From positions 87,355 to 151,354 of the forward strand of contig MHBH01000077.1 of assembly GCA_001804805.1 (NCBI GenBank): a DNA stretch of 64,000 nt, written 5' to 3'. Below, in pieces: positions 44,047-53,954 of the stretch. This stretch comes from Lentisphaerae bacterium GWF2_49_21. GTDB lineage: Bacteria; Verrucomicrobiota; Lentisphaeria; Victivallales; GWF2-50-93. The notes below the pieces were generated by a model. That model was not told where the DNA came from and ran no database searches. It saw nothing but the letters and a program-made list of their open reading frames with translations. A program made the position numbers and the translations under genes. Position 1 is the first letter of the stretch. Every line of letters begins with the position of its first letter.

Positions 44047-44859
44047 ATGCGCGAAGACATCATAAATTTCTCAGGATTGAAGGCGGAAGAGTCGAATTTC
44101 CATCTGGACTTGGCTGGAATTTCATACTGCGATGGAAGCTACCGCATAGCCAGGAAAAACTCACCAATTTTCGTTTTCGAATATGTGATCGAAGGAAGTG
44201 GGACGCTTATCCATAGCGGGATGAAGCTGTATCCTGAAAGAGGAGATGTATATATTGTCCACAAGGGAACCGATCACTCATATTTTTCAAGTGCGGACAA
44301 TCCCTGGACCAAGATTTGGTTCAATGTTGGAGGAGTTCTTGTTGAAAGACTTGTCGAGGCATATGGCCTCAATGTCGTCTGGCTTGTGAAAAACTGCGAA
44401 ATTCGCAGACTTTTTGAAGACGGACTTGCCTATGCCAGGAAAAAGCCAACGGACGTCCATGAGAAGACCGCAATTGTAATCCACAGGATAATCCAGGCCA
44501 TTTCCAATGAACTGAAAAAACGCGAGGACATCCACCATTCAGAAGAAGGGTTGAAACTCAAAAACTTCATTGATGCGAACTTCGCAGAAATCAAGGAGCT
44601 TGACAAGCTGTCCGGGCTCATAGGCCGTTCCCCGTCGCAGACGATCAGGATCTTCAAGCGTGAATGGAAGCGGACCCCCTACGACTACGTACTGGAGAAA
44701 CGGATCGGCGCAGCAAAATCATTGCTGCTGGGAACGACGTTCACGGTCAAGGAGATCTCTTCGAGGACCGGCTTCAAGGACCAGTTCTACTTCTCCAACA
44801 TCTTCAAGAGGAAGACTGGAACCGCACCGGAAAACTACAGGAAGGCGAATTCTCAATAA
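44047..44859 (+). CDS. AraC family transcriptional regulator (cupin N-domain)
   Basis: Start at the ATG at 44047, after AGGAG (the upstream part of the ORF is REP sequence). C-terminal HTH VKEISSRTGFKDQFYFSNIFKR. Confidence 0.8.
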   Translation: MREDIINFSGLKAEESNFHLDLAGISYCDGSYRIARKNSPIFVFEYVIEGSGTLIHSGMKLYPERGDVYIVHKGTDHSYFSSADNPWTKIWFNVGGVLVERLVEAYGLNVVWLVKNCEIRRLFEDGLAYARKKPTDVHEKTAIVIHRIIQAISNELKKREDIHHSEEGLKLKNFIDANFAEIKELDKLSGLIGRSPSQTIRIFKREWKRTPYDYVLEKRIGAAKSLLLGTTFTVKEISSRTGFKDQFYFSNIFKRKTGTAPENYRKANSQ

Positions 44860-44867
44860 AATTTCCA

Positions 44868-44991
44868 GTAGGTACGTGCTTTCCTGTCCTGAGCTTATCG
44901 AAGGGAGAATGTACCATCTTTTCTCAATAATGGTACACCCTGAAGGGCGTACCTACTTTTAAGAACATCCCTTACGGGATTAACTATAAAC
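44868..44991. repeat. REPIN doublet (left unit carries a loop insert) plus a right-hand outer-shell arm only
   Basis: GTAGGTACGTGC[tttcctgtcctgagcttatcgaagggagaat]GTACC (44868-44915); GGTACACCCTGAAGGGCGTACCTAC (44932-44956); ATCCCTTACGGGAT+TAACTATAAAC (44967-44991). Confidence 0.75.
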
Positions 44992-45136
44992 AAATTCAAA
45001 TCTCGTAGCTCTTCAACTTAAAATGGCCAATTTTATGCTCTGAAAAGATTGATTTCAGGTATCTCTTAGTGTAATTAATGCAAATGAATTTTGCAGTAAA
45101 ATTAAATCCTGAACCAATAACCTCAGAGAGACTACC

Positions 45137-46084
45137 ATGAACATAGATCTTGAGAAATCCTCCGGCCTTATAAAGAAGATAAAGGACAATGTGACAAAAG
45201 TCTTCCTCGGGAAGGATGATGTCACCGAAAAAGTAATCAAGGCGATGCTTTCAGGAGGGCATATCCTTCTTGAAGACATTCCCGGAGTCGGAAAGACACT
45301 GCTGGCAAAAGCTGTCGCCAGGTCGGTCTCCGGCGAATACCGCAGAATCCAGTTCACAGCCGATCTTCTTCCCACGGACGTAACAGGCGTCACCGTATAC
45401 CAGCAGAAGGATGGAAGTTTTGTATTCAGGCCCGGTCCGGTATTCTGCAATGTCCTGCTTGCCGATGAAATAAACAGGGCCACCCCGAGAACCCAGTCGA
45501 GTCTGCTCGAAGCTATGGAGGAACTGCAAGTGACGGTTGAAGGGCAGCTTCATAAGCTCAACGAGCCGTTTTTCGTCATTGCGACACAGAATCCGATCGA
45601 GTTGGAGGGGACGTATCCCCTTCCCTTCTCGCAGATGGACCGTTTCATGGTCAGATTGAAAATAGGTTATCCGGACTTCACAAATGAAAAGAGGATACTT
45701 GCCGAACAACGGGTTCTGGATCCGATTGACACGCTAACCTCAGTGATCGAAATAGAAGAACTCCTGAAACTGCAGGATACTGTAAGAAACCTTAAAGTTT
45801 CCGATCCGGTCTCAGAATATATTGTAAAAATAGCGCGCCGGTCAAGAGACATAGAAAGCGCTGAATACGGAGTGAGCCCGCGATGCTGCCTTGATCTGAT
45901 GCGATACAGCCAGGCAGCGGCATTGTGCGCCGGAAGAGACTTCGTCACGCCCGATGACGTCAAATCCTCCGCAGAGGCCGTAATGGGGCACAGGATCATC
46001 GTCCGCAAGGGAAGCCGTCTCGCCACTTCATCGGAAACAGAAGCGGTTGACAGCATTGTCGAATCGGTGGAAGTACCGCTTTAA
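45137..46084 (+). CDS. MoxR-family AAA+ ATPase
   Basis: 315 aa. Walker A GVGKT; LLADEINRATPRTQSSLLEAM; ATQNPIE. Confidence 0.9.
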   Translation: MNIDLEKSSGLIKKIKDNVTKVFLGKDDVTEKVIKAMLSGGHILLEDIPGVGKTLLAKAVARSVSGEYRRIQFTADLLPTDVTGVTVYQQKDGSFVFRPGPVFCNVLLADEINRATPRTQSSLLEAMEELQVTVEGQLHKLNEPFFVIATQNPIELEGTYPLPFSQMDRFMVRLKIGYPDFTNEKRILAEQRVLDPIDTLTSVIEIEELLKLQDTVRNLKVSDPVSEYIVKIARRSRDIESAEYGVSPRCCLDLMRYSQAAALCAGRDFVTPDDVKSSAEAVMGHRIIVRKGSRLATSSETEAVDSIVESVEVPL

Positions 46085-46124
46085 CAGTTCTATCAACTTT
46101 GAGATTGAAAATCTTTTCAGGCAA

Positions 46125-46192
46125 GTTTGTAGTTAAGCCATTTTTGGCTGTGAATATAAACACGAAGAAACACGCAAGAATGCGTTAACTAC
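46125..46192. repeat. empty outer-shell element (no inner REPIN)
   Basis: GTTTGTAGTTAA+GCCA-TTTT-TGGC ... ACGCA-AGAA-TGCGT+TAACTAC. Confidence 0.7.
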
Positions 46193-46277
46193 CAGCAAAT
46201 AAACATACGATATTTTGACTGCAGCAGTTATTAACAGAGGCAATTTCAAAATTGCCTCTTTTGAGCTGATTGCTAAA

Positions 46278-46346
46278 GTAGGAGTTCACAGCTTTAGATG
46301 TGCATCCAATTGATGATAAGACACAACTGAAGTTGTGAACTCCAAC
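46278..46346. repeat. GT[A/T]GGAG-headed REPIN doublet
   Basis: GTAGGAGTTCACAGCTTTAGATGTG (46278-46302) and ACACAACTGAAGTTGTGAACTCCAAC (46321-46346). Confidence 0.75.
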
Positions 46347-46414
46347 AGGGGTATTGCCATAACAAGCGTTTCCCTGCATTTTGCAATCAGCTCAGCAAAT
46401 AGAATAAGGTCTCC

Positions 46415-47551
46415 ATGCAAAGGCTTTTCAACATTCCTGTGATCGCACCGACCAAGAAAGGCATTGTCTTCCTCTGCCTATGCGCCCTCATATATCTTTC
46501 CGCTACACAGTCCCAGTCAGGACTTCTCTTCCTCGTCCTCGGCATCATTGTAGGAGCATTAGTCCTTAATATCTTCCTGGCATTCCAGCTGATCAGGAAA
46601 GTCAAAGTGGACATGGACGAGATCATCAAGGCCACGGAAGGATGTCCTGTCCCGTCACCCATGAAAATAACCAACAGGTCCAAGTTCAGCCTTGGTCTCA
46701 TCGAAATCAGCTCACAGCACGGAATCCTGACAAAGATATATTCGCTGCCGGCAGTCACTGATTCGCATGTGATGCCGGAAATAGTTTTCCCGCGGCGCGG
46801 GATCTATCCTCTGAAGAAGCTGCTTTTGAAATCCACCTATCCCTTCGGTCTTGTAAAGGCAACCCTGAACCTTTCTGGCTCAGGAGAGGCGGTAGTGTTC
46901 CCCGACATATACAAATGCCTTCCTGCACAGGCTTCGGGATTTGAACCGATGGTCGGGGGAAGCTGCAGCGACAGGCACACTAGCCCTTCAGGATTCGACT
47001 TCTCCGGGGTACGCCCCATGCAGAGCGGTGATTCGTTCCGCCACATCCACTGGAAGTCATCTGCAAAAGGCACGGGCATAATGATAAAGGAGTTCAGCGA
47101 GGAACTTTCGGGACGGCTTACGATAATACTCGACAACAGGGCTTCCGCCGGGATGGAGCTCTGCGACATAGCCGCACGTGCGGCCGGATCCCTGGCCTTC
47201 TCATCATTGGATGCCGGACATCATGTTGAAATGGTCGATCCTTCGCGTGCGGACACGCTTGTCGTCCCTCCGTTTTCCACCGGTGATGCACTGCTTGAGT
47301 TCATAGCCAGGACGGAACTATCTGCGGATTTCAATCTTCTGGAAAAAATAAAAGATATACTCGGTAAGATCTCAAGCCGCTCATCAGTCGTCATCGTAGC
47401 CGTGAAGAGGGAGGGGCTGGATGAAGCGGTTGAATATCTTTTATCACAGAACAGGAAAGTCTCATTGTATATCCCTGAAACAATGAAGGAAGACTCATTC
47501 CCGGCAAACATCAAGGTACACAAATATGCAAGGAACACCATATACCAGTAA
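46415..47551 (+). CDS. DUF58 domain protein (MoxR partner)
   Basis: 378 aa. Two N-terminal TM helices. FDFSGVRPMQSGDSFRHIHWKSSAKG is the DUF58 signature. Confidence 0.75.
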   Translation: MQRLFNIPVIAPTKKGIVFLCLCALIYLSATQSQSGLLFLVLGIIVGALVLNIFLAFQLIRKVKVDMDEIIKATEGCPVPSPMKITNRSKFSLGLIEISSQHGILTKIYSLPAVTDSHVMPEIVFPRRGIYPLKKLLLKSTYPFGLVKATLNLSGSGEAVVFPDIYKCLPAQASGFEPMVGGSCSDRHTSPSGFDFSGVRPMQSGDSFRHIHWKSSAKGTGIMIKEFSEELSGRLTIILDNRASAGMELCDIAARAAGSLAFSSLDAGHHVEMVDPSRADTLVVPPFSTGDALLEFIARTELSADFNLLEKIKDILGKISSRSSVVIVAVKREGLDEAVEYLLSQNRKVSLYIPETMKEDSFPANIKVHKYARNTIYQ

Positions 47552-49622
47552 TGCGAAGGCTGGCACAGCCGGATACGGAACCAGCGGTTCCTGGTTCGGA
47601 CGCATACTCCTGCCGCTTATGGGCCGCCAGCGGGAGAAGTTCAAGGATCCATTCTATCTCCTGATACTTCTTGGTTTCATTTCCCAGGGTTTCTTCTGGG
47701 AAAATGCCATAATGCCGGTGGTGCTTGCGATCCTCTGGTTCCTGCTGATACATCTCTCAGGTAAAAAATACGCTGTAAATGAGACCACTGAAATCCTTAT
47801 TCTCCTCCTTGGACTTCTGGTGTCGATACATTTCGGACGGACAGCATTCATGAGATCCCTGTCATTTGGTAACGGGCTCCTCGTCCTGCAGTGCATGAGA
47901 ATGCTCAGACCTCTCACACCGAGGGAGAAATGTCTTTCCGCCGGAATAGCGATTGTCAATATCGCGGTCGGCAGCCAGATGATGCTTGAATACAGCTACA
48001 TACTTGTGCTTATGGCCGCACTTGTGCTCATCCTGCAGACTTTCCACAAGCTGGAAGCGGAGGTATGCGGATTTGCCGAATCCAAGTTCCTGCCTTCCGC
48101 AAAATGGAAGGAATTCACTTTTGTATTCATTGCAATGATTGTCTTTTTCATGATCTTCCCTAGGTACAAGGCGTTTTCTTCAGTGACAACAAACCTCTCC
48201 ATAGGACGGAACGCGCCAATAGCACCGACCCTTGATCCTGCTTCAGGAGGCATGGAGGGTTCAGGACGCCTGATAATGCAGATTTCAGGAGATGATGTCG
48301 GTTATCTTAAGACTTTCACCCTCGACACATTCGACGGGACAAGATGGAATCCAGGAAAACATGCAACAGCCTACAGAAGGAATTTGCGGCTCGAACCGAG
48401 GACGGAACTCAAATACCGCAAAGTAACTGTCAAGGAGATCACTCTTCTCAACGGTTCTCTTCCGACCGATGGATATCCGGTCGCCCTGAAAGGGAATTTC
48501 TTCCAGGACGAATATGTCTCCTGGCAGGGAAGCGTCCGTGTCTCGCGCTACTGGCCTGCAGACACCAACATCTACGAATACTGGACGGATCTCACTAAAA
48601 TCCAGGAGGCTGACAGCCGCGAGACGGCATCATGCCTCAAGATTCCTGAACTTTCAGCTAGAACGGTTAAATTCATAACGGACGCCACCGCCGGAGCTGT
48701 CGGGGAATACAACAAGGCCCGCGCGCTGGAAAAGCATTTCCGCGACAATTTCACCTATGAACTCGGTACCTATGACCTGAACCGCCTGAATCCGTTGGAG
48801 GATTTCCTTTTCAACGAGAAGAACGGGCACTGTGAACGTTACGCCTCGGCGCTCGCGCTCCTTTTCAGGCAGATGGGAATCCCCTCGAGAATAGCCATCG
48901 GCTTCGTACCAACTGAAAAAAATGAGATCGGAGGATTCTACAATATAAGGGATACCAACGCCCACGCCTGGACAGAGGCCTATCTCCCAGAACGCGGATG
49001 GATCATCTTTGACGCGACACCTGTTTCAGACAGGATATTGCAGAGGCAGACCGGCGGGATTGCGCTGACGATGCGCGACTGGATTGAATTTTTATGGTAC
49101 CAGAAGATTGTCGGTTTCACCTCCAACGACCAGGTAATGCTATATAAATTCACAGTTGGAAGCATAGATGTCGCTACAGAGAAAATTTCCCGGAATTCAG
49201 GAATTGCTATACTGCTGGTCACAGGACTGCTAATGCTCATCGGCGCGATGGTATTGCTGAAAAGATATTCGGCGAGGAAGGCCTACCGGCTTGAATCCAT
49301 CACGTATGCGGAAGTGTATGCCGAACATTTCTACCGCGACCTCCTCAGGGAACTTGCTTCCGCCGGGATCAGGAGATCTCCATTCGAAACTCCCGGGGAA
49401 ATCCTCAAAAGAGCCTCTGTGAAAATCCCTTCGGCCTCTCCTGAAATAAGCTTCATTACCGATGAGTTCTGCAAAATCAGATACGGCGGACGGAAACCGG
49501 AGGAAAATTTGCATGACAGAGTGAAGAAAGCACTGTATGCTGTGAAATCGGCAATAAGGGGAAGAATTGTTCAACCACAGAACACACTGAAAACACAGAA
49601 AATGATGGATGGTATAGACTAA
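47526..49622 (+). CDS. transglutaminase-like membrane protein
   Basis: 698 aa. Multiple TM helices. Cys-His-Asp core (NGHCERYASALALL...NAHAWTEAY...FDAT). The start is uncertain (alternative ATG at 47619). Confidence 0.8.
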   Translation: MQGTPYTSNAKAGTAGYGTSGSWFGRILLPLMGRQREKFKDPFYLLILLGFISQGFFWENAIMPVVLAILWFLLIHLSGKKYAVNETTEILILLLGLLVSIHFGRTAFMRSLSFGNGLLVLQCMRMLRPLTPREKCLSAGIAIVNIAVGSQMMLEYSYILVLMAALVLILQTFHKLEAEVCGFAESKFLPSAKWKEFTFVFIAMIVFFMIFPRYKAFSSVTTNLSIGRNAPIAPTLDPASGGMEGSGRLIMQISGDDVGYLKTFTLDTFDGTRWNPGKHATAYRRNLRLEPRTELKYRKVTVKEITLLNGSLPTDGYPVALKGNFFQDEYVSWQGSVRVSRYWPADTNIYEYWTDLTKIQEADSRETASCLKIPELSARTVKFITDATAGAVGEYNKARALEKHFRDNFTYELGTYDLNRLNPLEDFLFNEKNGHCERYASALALLFRQMGIPSRIAIGFVPTEKNEIGGFYNIRDTNAHAWTEAYLPERGWIIFDATPVSDRILQRQTGGIALTMRDWIEFLWYQKIVGFTSNDQVMLYKFTVGSIDVATEKISRNSGIAILLVTGLLMLIGAMVLLKRYSARKAYRLESITYAEVYAEHFYRDLLRELASAGIRRSPFETPGEILKRASVKIPSASPEISFITDEFCKIRYGGRKPEENLHDRVKKALYAVKSAIRGRIVQPQNTLKTQKMMDGID

Positions 49623-49649
49623 ACGGAAAATCTAATTTCTTTGATACTC

Positions 49650-49674
49650 GTTTGTAGTTAAGCTCGCAAGAGCT
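49650..49674 (+). repeat. single outer-shell-type REP GTTTGTAGTTA+AGCTC-GCAA-GAGCT
   Basis: Same 11-nt head as at 46125 and 18206. GNRA-type loop. Confidence 0.7.
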
Positions 49675-49717
49675 GTTCTCCTCCCACTCCCTCTTTTTTT
49701 TATTATTTGATTTCATC

Positions 49718-49741
49718 CCCCAGCCTAACTGCTGGGGCTAC
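49718..49741 (-). repeat. REP hairpin GTAG+CCCCAGC-AGTTAG-GCTGGGG
   Basis: The plus strand reads CCCCAGCCTAACTGCTGGGGCTAC. Confidence 0.6.
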
Positions 49742-49810
49742 AATATGCCACCCTCTGCGAGGGCTGTGGAAAAATTGTTAATGGCTGCATAATTGACTTG
49801 AAATTCCAAA

Positions 49811-49983
49811 GGAGCGCGGGTTTGACACTTCGCTGCCATCCCGTTGGGCTGCCCTAATTCGCAGGCTCATTTTCCAACCCGCGAGGCGGACTGGAAATAA
49901 ATCAATATAAGATGAAGACGGAAGCCGCTTAGCCGAGCAAAGCGACGCTTGCCGAAGGCAAAACGGCGTCCCTCCATGGCTTC
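49811..49983 (+). other. GC-rich multi-hairpin non-coding block upstream of cstA
   Basis: GGAG+CGCGGGTT[53 nt]AACCCGCG (49811-49883) and nested stems GAAGCC/GGCTTC, GACGC/GCGTC, TTGCC/GGCAA (49921-49983). No ORF. Confidence 0.4.
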
Positions 49984-50051
49984 GCCATTATCAAAATTAG
50001 CTTCACAAACAAGTTGAGAATGCGATATTATATGATAAATTTTTTATTCCC

Positions 50052-52085
50052 ATGAAAAATTTATTGAAAATACTGTTCTGGGTTTCACTCAGTCTTCTTG
50101 GTGCGATATCGCTTGCGATAGTCGCATTCAAGCGGGGTGAATCTGTAAATGCGTTATGGCTGATCACGGCATCAATCTGCGTTTTCGCCGTCAGCTACCG
50201 CTTCTACAGCAAATGGCTATTCACGAAAGTCTTCGTGCTCGATCTCAAGCGCGCCACTCCTGCGTGCGTGAAGGAGGACGGCAAGGACTATGTCAAGACT
50301 AATTCCTGGATAGTCTTCGGGCATCATTTCGCGGCAATTGCCGGACCCGGACCGCTCGTCGGACCGGTGCTTGCGGCACAGTTCGGATATCTTCCCGGCG
50401 CATTATGGATACTTGTCGGTGCGGCGCTTGGCGGAGCCGTCCATGATTCCATGATCCTTTTCTGCTCGATGCGCCGCAACGGAAAATCACTAGGACAGAT
50501 GGTCAAGGAGGAAATAAACTCGTTTGCTGGAAGGATCGCACTTGTCGGCATAATCTCAATACTTGTAATACTCATAGCATTTCTCTCGCTGGTGGTGGTG
50601 AAAGCCCTGGCGGAAAGTCCCTGGGGCGTCTTTACAATCGCGATGACAATCCCGATCGCCATTGTGATGGGCTCTGCTCTCAGGTACATCTGCCCGAAGA
50701 ATATCGGATATATTACCGCTTTCGGAGTCATAGCCCTTCTGCTTTCAGTCTATCTCGGCCAGTATCTGACACATTTTCCGACAATTGAAAATCTTTTTAC
50801 CTTGGATGGAAAATTTCTTGCCATAACGATCATCATCTATGGTTTTGCCGCCTCGACCCTGCCTGTCTGGCTCCTTCTCGCGCCGCGAGATTACCTGAGC
50901 ACGTTCATGAAAGTCGGGACGGTTGCCTTCCTCGCCCTTGCGATCATCGCAATCGCCCCATCTTTCCAGATGCCGGCGGTGACAAAATTCATCGACGGGT
51001 CCGGACTCGTACTCGCGGGGACAGTCTTCCCATTCTGCTTCATCACCATAGCCTGTGGCGCCATGTCAGGTTTCCACGCCCTGATCTCCTCCGGGACCAG
51101 TCCGAAGATGATCACCAGCGAATCCTGCGTGAAGACCATCGGCTACGGCGCAATGCTTGTAGAAATGATGGTCGCAATAATGGCGCTTATTGCCGCAAGC
51201 ACCATGAAACCCGGAGTCTACTTCAGCATCAACATGAAAGGTGAACCGGCGGCAGTTGTCCAAAAAGCTACAGACGCCGGATTTGCGGTAACGGAACAGG
51301 AGATGAAGGATCTCGCGGAACTCCTTGGGGAAAAGACAATGATCGGCAGGACAGGTGGAGCTCCGACATTCGCCGTCGGCATGGCGGAAATGCTCTCAAA
51401 GATCTTCGGCACTTCGGCGCTCGCGCTCTGGTATCATTTCGCGATCATGTTCGAGGCGCTGTTCATACTCACGACCATTGACGCCGGCACCCGCGTCGGA
51501 CGATTCCTCATGCAGGACCTCCTTGGACAAATCACGCCCGTGCTCGGAAATACAGGCACAATTTTTTCAAATGTCATTGCAAGCGTCCTCTTCTGCGGCG
51601 CCTGGGGATGGTTCCTCGTACAAGGCGTAATTGATCCCCGCGGAGGAGTCAACAGCCTTCTTCCTATTTTTGGAATTGCGAACCAGCTCCTTGCCGTCAT
51701 CGCACTTTCACTTGGAACTACAATCATGATCAAGATGGGCAAGGCAAAGTACATATGGGTGACACTGGTTCCCCTGATCTGGCTTTTCGCCGTGACAATG
51801 TCCGCTGGATTCCTGAAGATCTTCAGCGCAGATCCCCGGATAGGATTCATTGCAGAGACGAAATCGTATTCAGCCCAAATCGCCGCAGGCGCAGCAGGTG
51901 AAAATCTCATACGCCTCAAGGATCTCATTGTGAACGACTACATCAACATTACTGTATGTGCCGTATTTATGATTCTTGTCCTGCTGATCGTGTGCGCCTG
52001 CATCAGGGAATGGTATCTGCTGCTGTCAAAGAAGAAGGCCCCGGTACTCCACGAATCTGAATATGTCGTGCTGGAGACGGCGTGA
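50052..52085 (+). CDS. cstA: carbon starvation protein A family transporter
   Basis: 677 aa, polytopic. FGHHFAAIAGPGPLVGPVLAAQFGYLPG is the CstA signature region. Confidence 0.9.
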   Translation: MKNLLKILFWVSLSLLGAISLAIVAFKRGESVNALWLITASICVFAVSYRFYSKWLFTKVFVLDLKRATPACVKEDGKDYVKTNSWIVFGHHFAAIAGPGPLVGPVLAAQFGYLPGALWILVGAALGGAVHDSMILFCSMRRNGKSLGQMVKEEINSFAGRIALVGIISILVILIAFLSLVVVKALAESPWGVFTIAMTIPIAIVMGSALRYICPKNIGYITAFGVIALLLSVYLGQYLTHFPTIENLFTLDGKFLAITIIIYGFAASTLPVWLLLAPRDYLSTFMKVGTVAFLALAIIAIAPSFQMPAVTKFIDGSGLVLAGTVFPFCFITIACGAMSGFHALISSGTSPKMITSESCVKTIGYGAMLVEMMVAIMALIAASTMKPGVYFSINMKGEPAAVVQKATDAGFAVTEQEMKDLAELLGEKTMIGRTGGAPTFAVGMAEMLSKIFGTSALALWYHFAIMFEALFILTTIDAGTRVGRFLMQDLLGQITPVLGNTGTIFSNVIASVLFCGAWGWFLVQGVIDPRGGVNSLLPIFGIANQLLAVIALSLGTTIMIKMGKAKYIWVTLVPLIWLFAVTMSAGFLKIFSADPRIGFIAETKSYSAQIAAGAAGENLIRLKDLIVNDYINITVCAVFMILVLLIVCACIREWYLLLSKKKAPVLHESEYVVLETA

Positions 52086-52102
52086 GGAAGAACGTATCGG
52101 GG

Positions 52103-52126
52103 TAATGGCGTAACGGCGTGTCGGCG
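52103..52126 (+). repeat. 3 x 8-mer tandem array (TAATGGCG TAACGGCG TGTCGGCG)
   Basis: Begins 18 nt after the cstA stop. Further CGGCG units lie at about 52153-52176. Confidence 0.55.
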
Positions 52127-52200
52127 TATTGGAGAATCCGCCTTCACAAAATAAGAGCTACGGCGGACACAGTCGGCGAAAAAACTCACCAGCTAAAAAA

Positions 52201-52593
52201 TCAGCCTCCCAAGCTGACCATCTGTAAAAAAGGTGCCAGCATTCCATATATTATGAATTGATGCATCAGCAGTAAAGCCAGAAGAGTTGTCAGGAACAAA
52301 AGTATTGGGAAGATATTATTCGTCGTCCTCATATTAAGCAGAGCCAGAGCAAATAAAACGAGAATAAATGGAATGATCCAAAGGAATCTATATGTGGAAA
52401 TCAACCACTGTGTAACTAGTGGCACCTTCTCACCTTCAAACAACTCAGAAAGCAGTTTTTCAAGTTTTGGAATTTCTATAAAAGCCGCAACAGAAAGATA
52501 TAACTGATATAGAATAAATATCAACAAGCATACAAGTAATTGCTTTTTTGAGATTTTATAAAATTTTGATTCCTCCACAAAAGCTCCCTTCAA
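52201..52593 (-). CDS. hypothetical membrane protein
   Basis: 130 aa, 3-4 predicted TM helices, AT-rich. Start lies 4 nt after the upstream gene's stop. Confidence 0.5.
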   Translation of the reverse strand: MKGAFVEESKFYKISKKQLLVCLLIFILYQLYLSVAAFIEIPKLEKLLSELFEGEKVPLVTQWLISTYRFLWIIPFILVLFALALLNMRTTNNIFPILLFLTTLLALLLMHQFIIYGMLAPFLQMVSLGG

Positions 52594-52596
52594 ATT

Positions 52597-53853
52597 TTAC
52601 TGGTTTACAGGCTCCACCGGTTTTTCCTGTATGGGCTGTGCGGGTTCCGCCGGAATTTCAGGTTTCTTCAGTTCTTCAGGTTTTTCAGCGGGAGCTGGCT
52701 GGACCGGTTCTGCAGGTTTTATCTCTGGATTTTCAACTTTAATTTCCTGCGGAGGTTGCTCTATTTTCGGCTGGGCATCTTTGTTTTCCAGAATCATCTG
52801 AGGAGTTTCTCCAGGCTGTTCAAGCTTCTGCTGCAGGCTCTCTTGAGCAGGCTGGTCGACAGGCTTGGGTTGTTCGATCTTCTCGGGTGGCTGGACTGGT
52901 TGTTTCGCCGTCTCATCCGGTTTCTTCTCCTGGGGAGTTTTGGCAGGTTCAGCGGGCTTCTTGGCGGTATCTGTCTTCTTATCCTTGTTAGCCGGCTTGG
53001 GTGGTGGTGGCTTGAACATCGGGTGATCAGGATTCAGTGTCTTGAAAATCGCCTTGTTATATGCGGAAGCATAACTCCCTTCATCCTTCTGGAACTTCTT
53101 CGGATCGACATCAGGCTTCTTCTCGACCTTTATCCTTTCAGGATATTTCTCAAGGAGTTCCTTCCCTATCTCCTTGGCGAAATAGACTTCCCATTTCCCG
53201 GATCCCGGCTTCTTCGAATCCTCCCTGTAGACCTCTATGAATCTTATCTTGCCGCGTTCTATATCAGTTTTAGCGAGATCCTGCGCCTTCACCTTGTCCA
53301 TGGGAATGTCGCCAGTGTCGATAATCACCGGCGGAGGAGGTGGTGGCTTTGCAGCAACAGGCTTGCTGTCCTTCTTCTTATTATCCTTGGCTTCCAGCTT
53401 GGCGTCCTTTTTCGCGGGTGCATCCTTCTGTGAAGCATCAACTTTCTGGGGCGGGGGATTCTTGGCAATCAGGCTTTTCTCCCTCTCATTTACAAAGCCA
53501 CCCATTGTCTTATTATAGGAATTTGCAAAACTCGATTCGTTTTTCCTAAATGTATTTATGTCAAGATCAGGATCTTTTTCAATACGTATCTTGGATCCAT
53601 ATTTATCTACAATCTTCTGTCCTACCGAAGGAACCTCCCATTTGCTGTTCGCAGGCTCCTTCGTGTCCTCCTTGTATACTTCAATGAATCTTATCCTGCC
53701 GGCGTCAAAATCTGATTTGGCCAGTTCTCCCGCCTTGACATTCTTCATTGATATCTCGTTGGAGAATGCTGGAAGATTCATGATATAGGTTGCAAGAACA
53801 AGAATGCCGATTACACCGGCAACTATTCCAATCACCTTCAATTTGGCCATCAT
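52597..53853 (-). CDS. membrane-anchored protein with two internal domain repeats and Pro/Lys/Glu-rich linkers
   Basis: 418 aa. N-terminal TM helix. Two homologous modules of about 80 aa (KVKAGELAKSDFDAGRIRFIEVYKED... and KVKAQDLAKTDIERGKIRFIEVYRED...). PE/KP-rich tail. Confidence 0.6.
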   Translation of the reverse strand: MMAKLKVIGIVAGVIGILVLATYIMNLPAFSNEISMKNVKAGELAKSDFDAGRIRFIEVYKEDTKEPANSKWEVPSVGQKIVDKYGSKIRIEKDPDLDINTFRKNESSFANSYNKTMGGFVNEREKSLIAKNPPPQKVDASQKDAPAKKDAKLEAKDNKKKDSKPVAAKPPPPPPVIIDTGDIPMDKVKAQDLAKTDIERGKIRFIEVYREDSKKPGSGKWEVYFAKEIGKELLEKYPERIKVEKKPDVDPKKFQKDEGSYASAYNKAIFKTLNPDHPMFKPPPPKPANKDKKTDTAKKPAEPAKTPQEKKPDETAKQPVQPPEKIEQPKPVDQPAQESLQQKLEQPGETPQMILENKDAQPKIEQPPQEIKVENPEIKPAEPVQPAPAEKPEELKKPEIPAEPAQPIQEKPVEPVNQ

Positions 53854-53928
53854 GACCGGCCCCCCTTTTTAACAGGTTCCAGAATCTATTTTTCAAACCT
53901 AATATATCCTATATACCAGAAAAGGAAA

Positions 53929-53954
53929 ATAAATTTTCCCGCAGGAAAATTTAT
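53929..53954 (-). terminator. stop-codon-embedded palindrome ATAAATTTTCC-NNNN-GGAAAATTTAT after pmm
   Basis: 11-bp stem that includes the TAA stop codon (53951-53953, minus strand). T-rich sequence follows on the minus strand. Confidence 0.5.
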
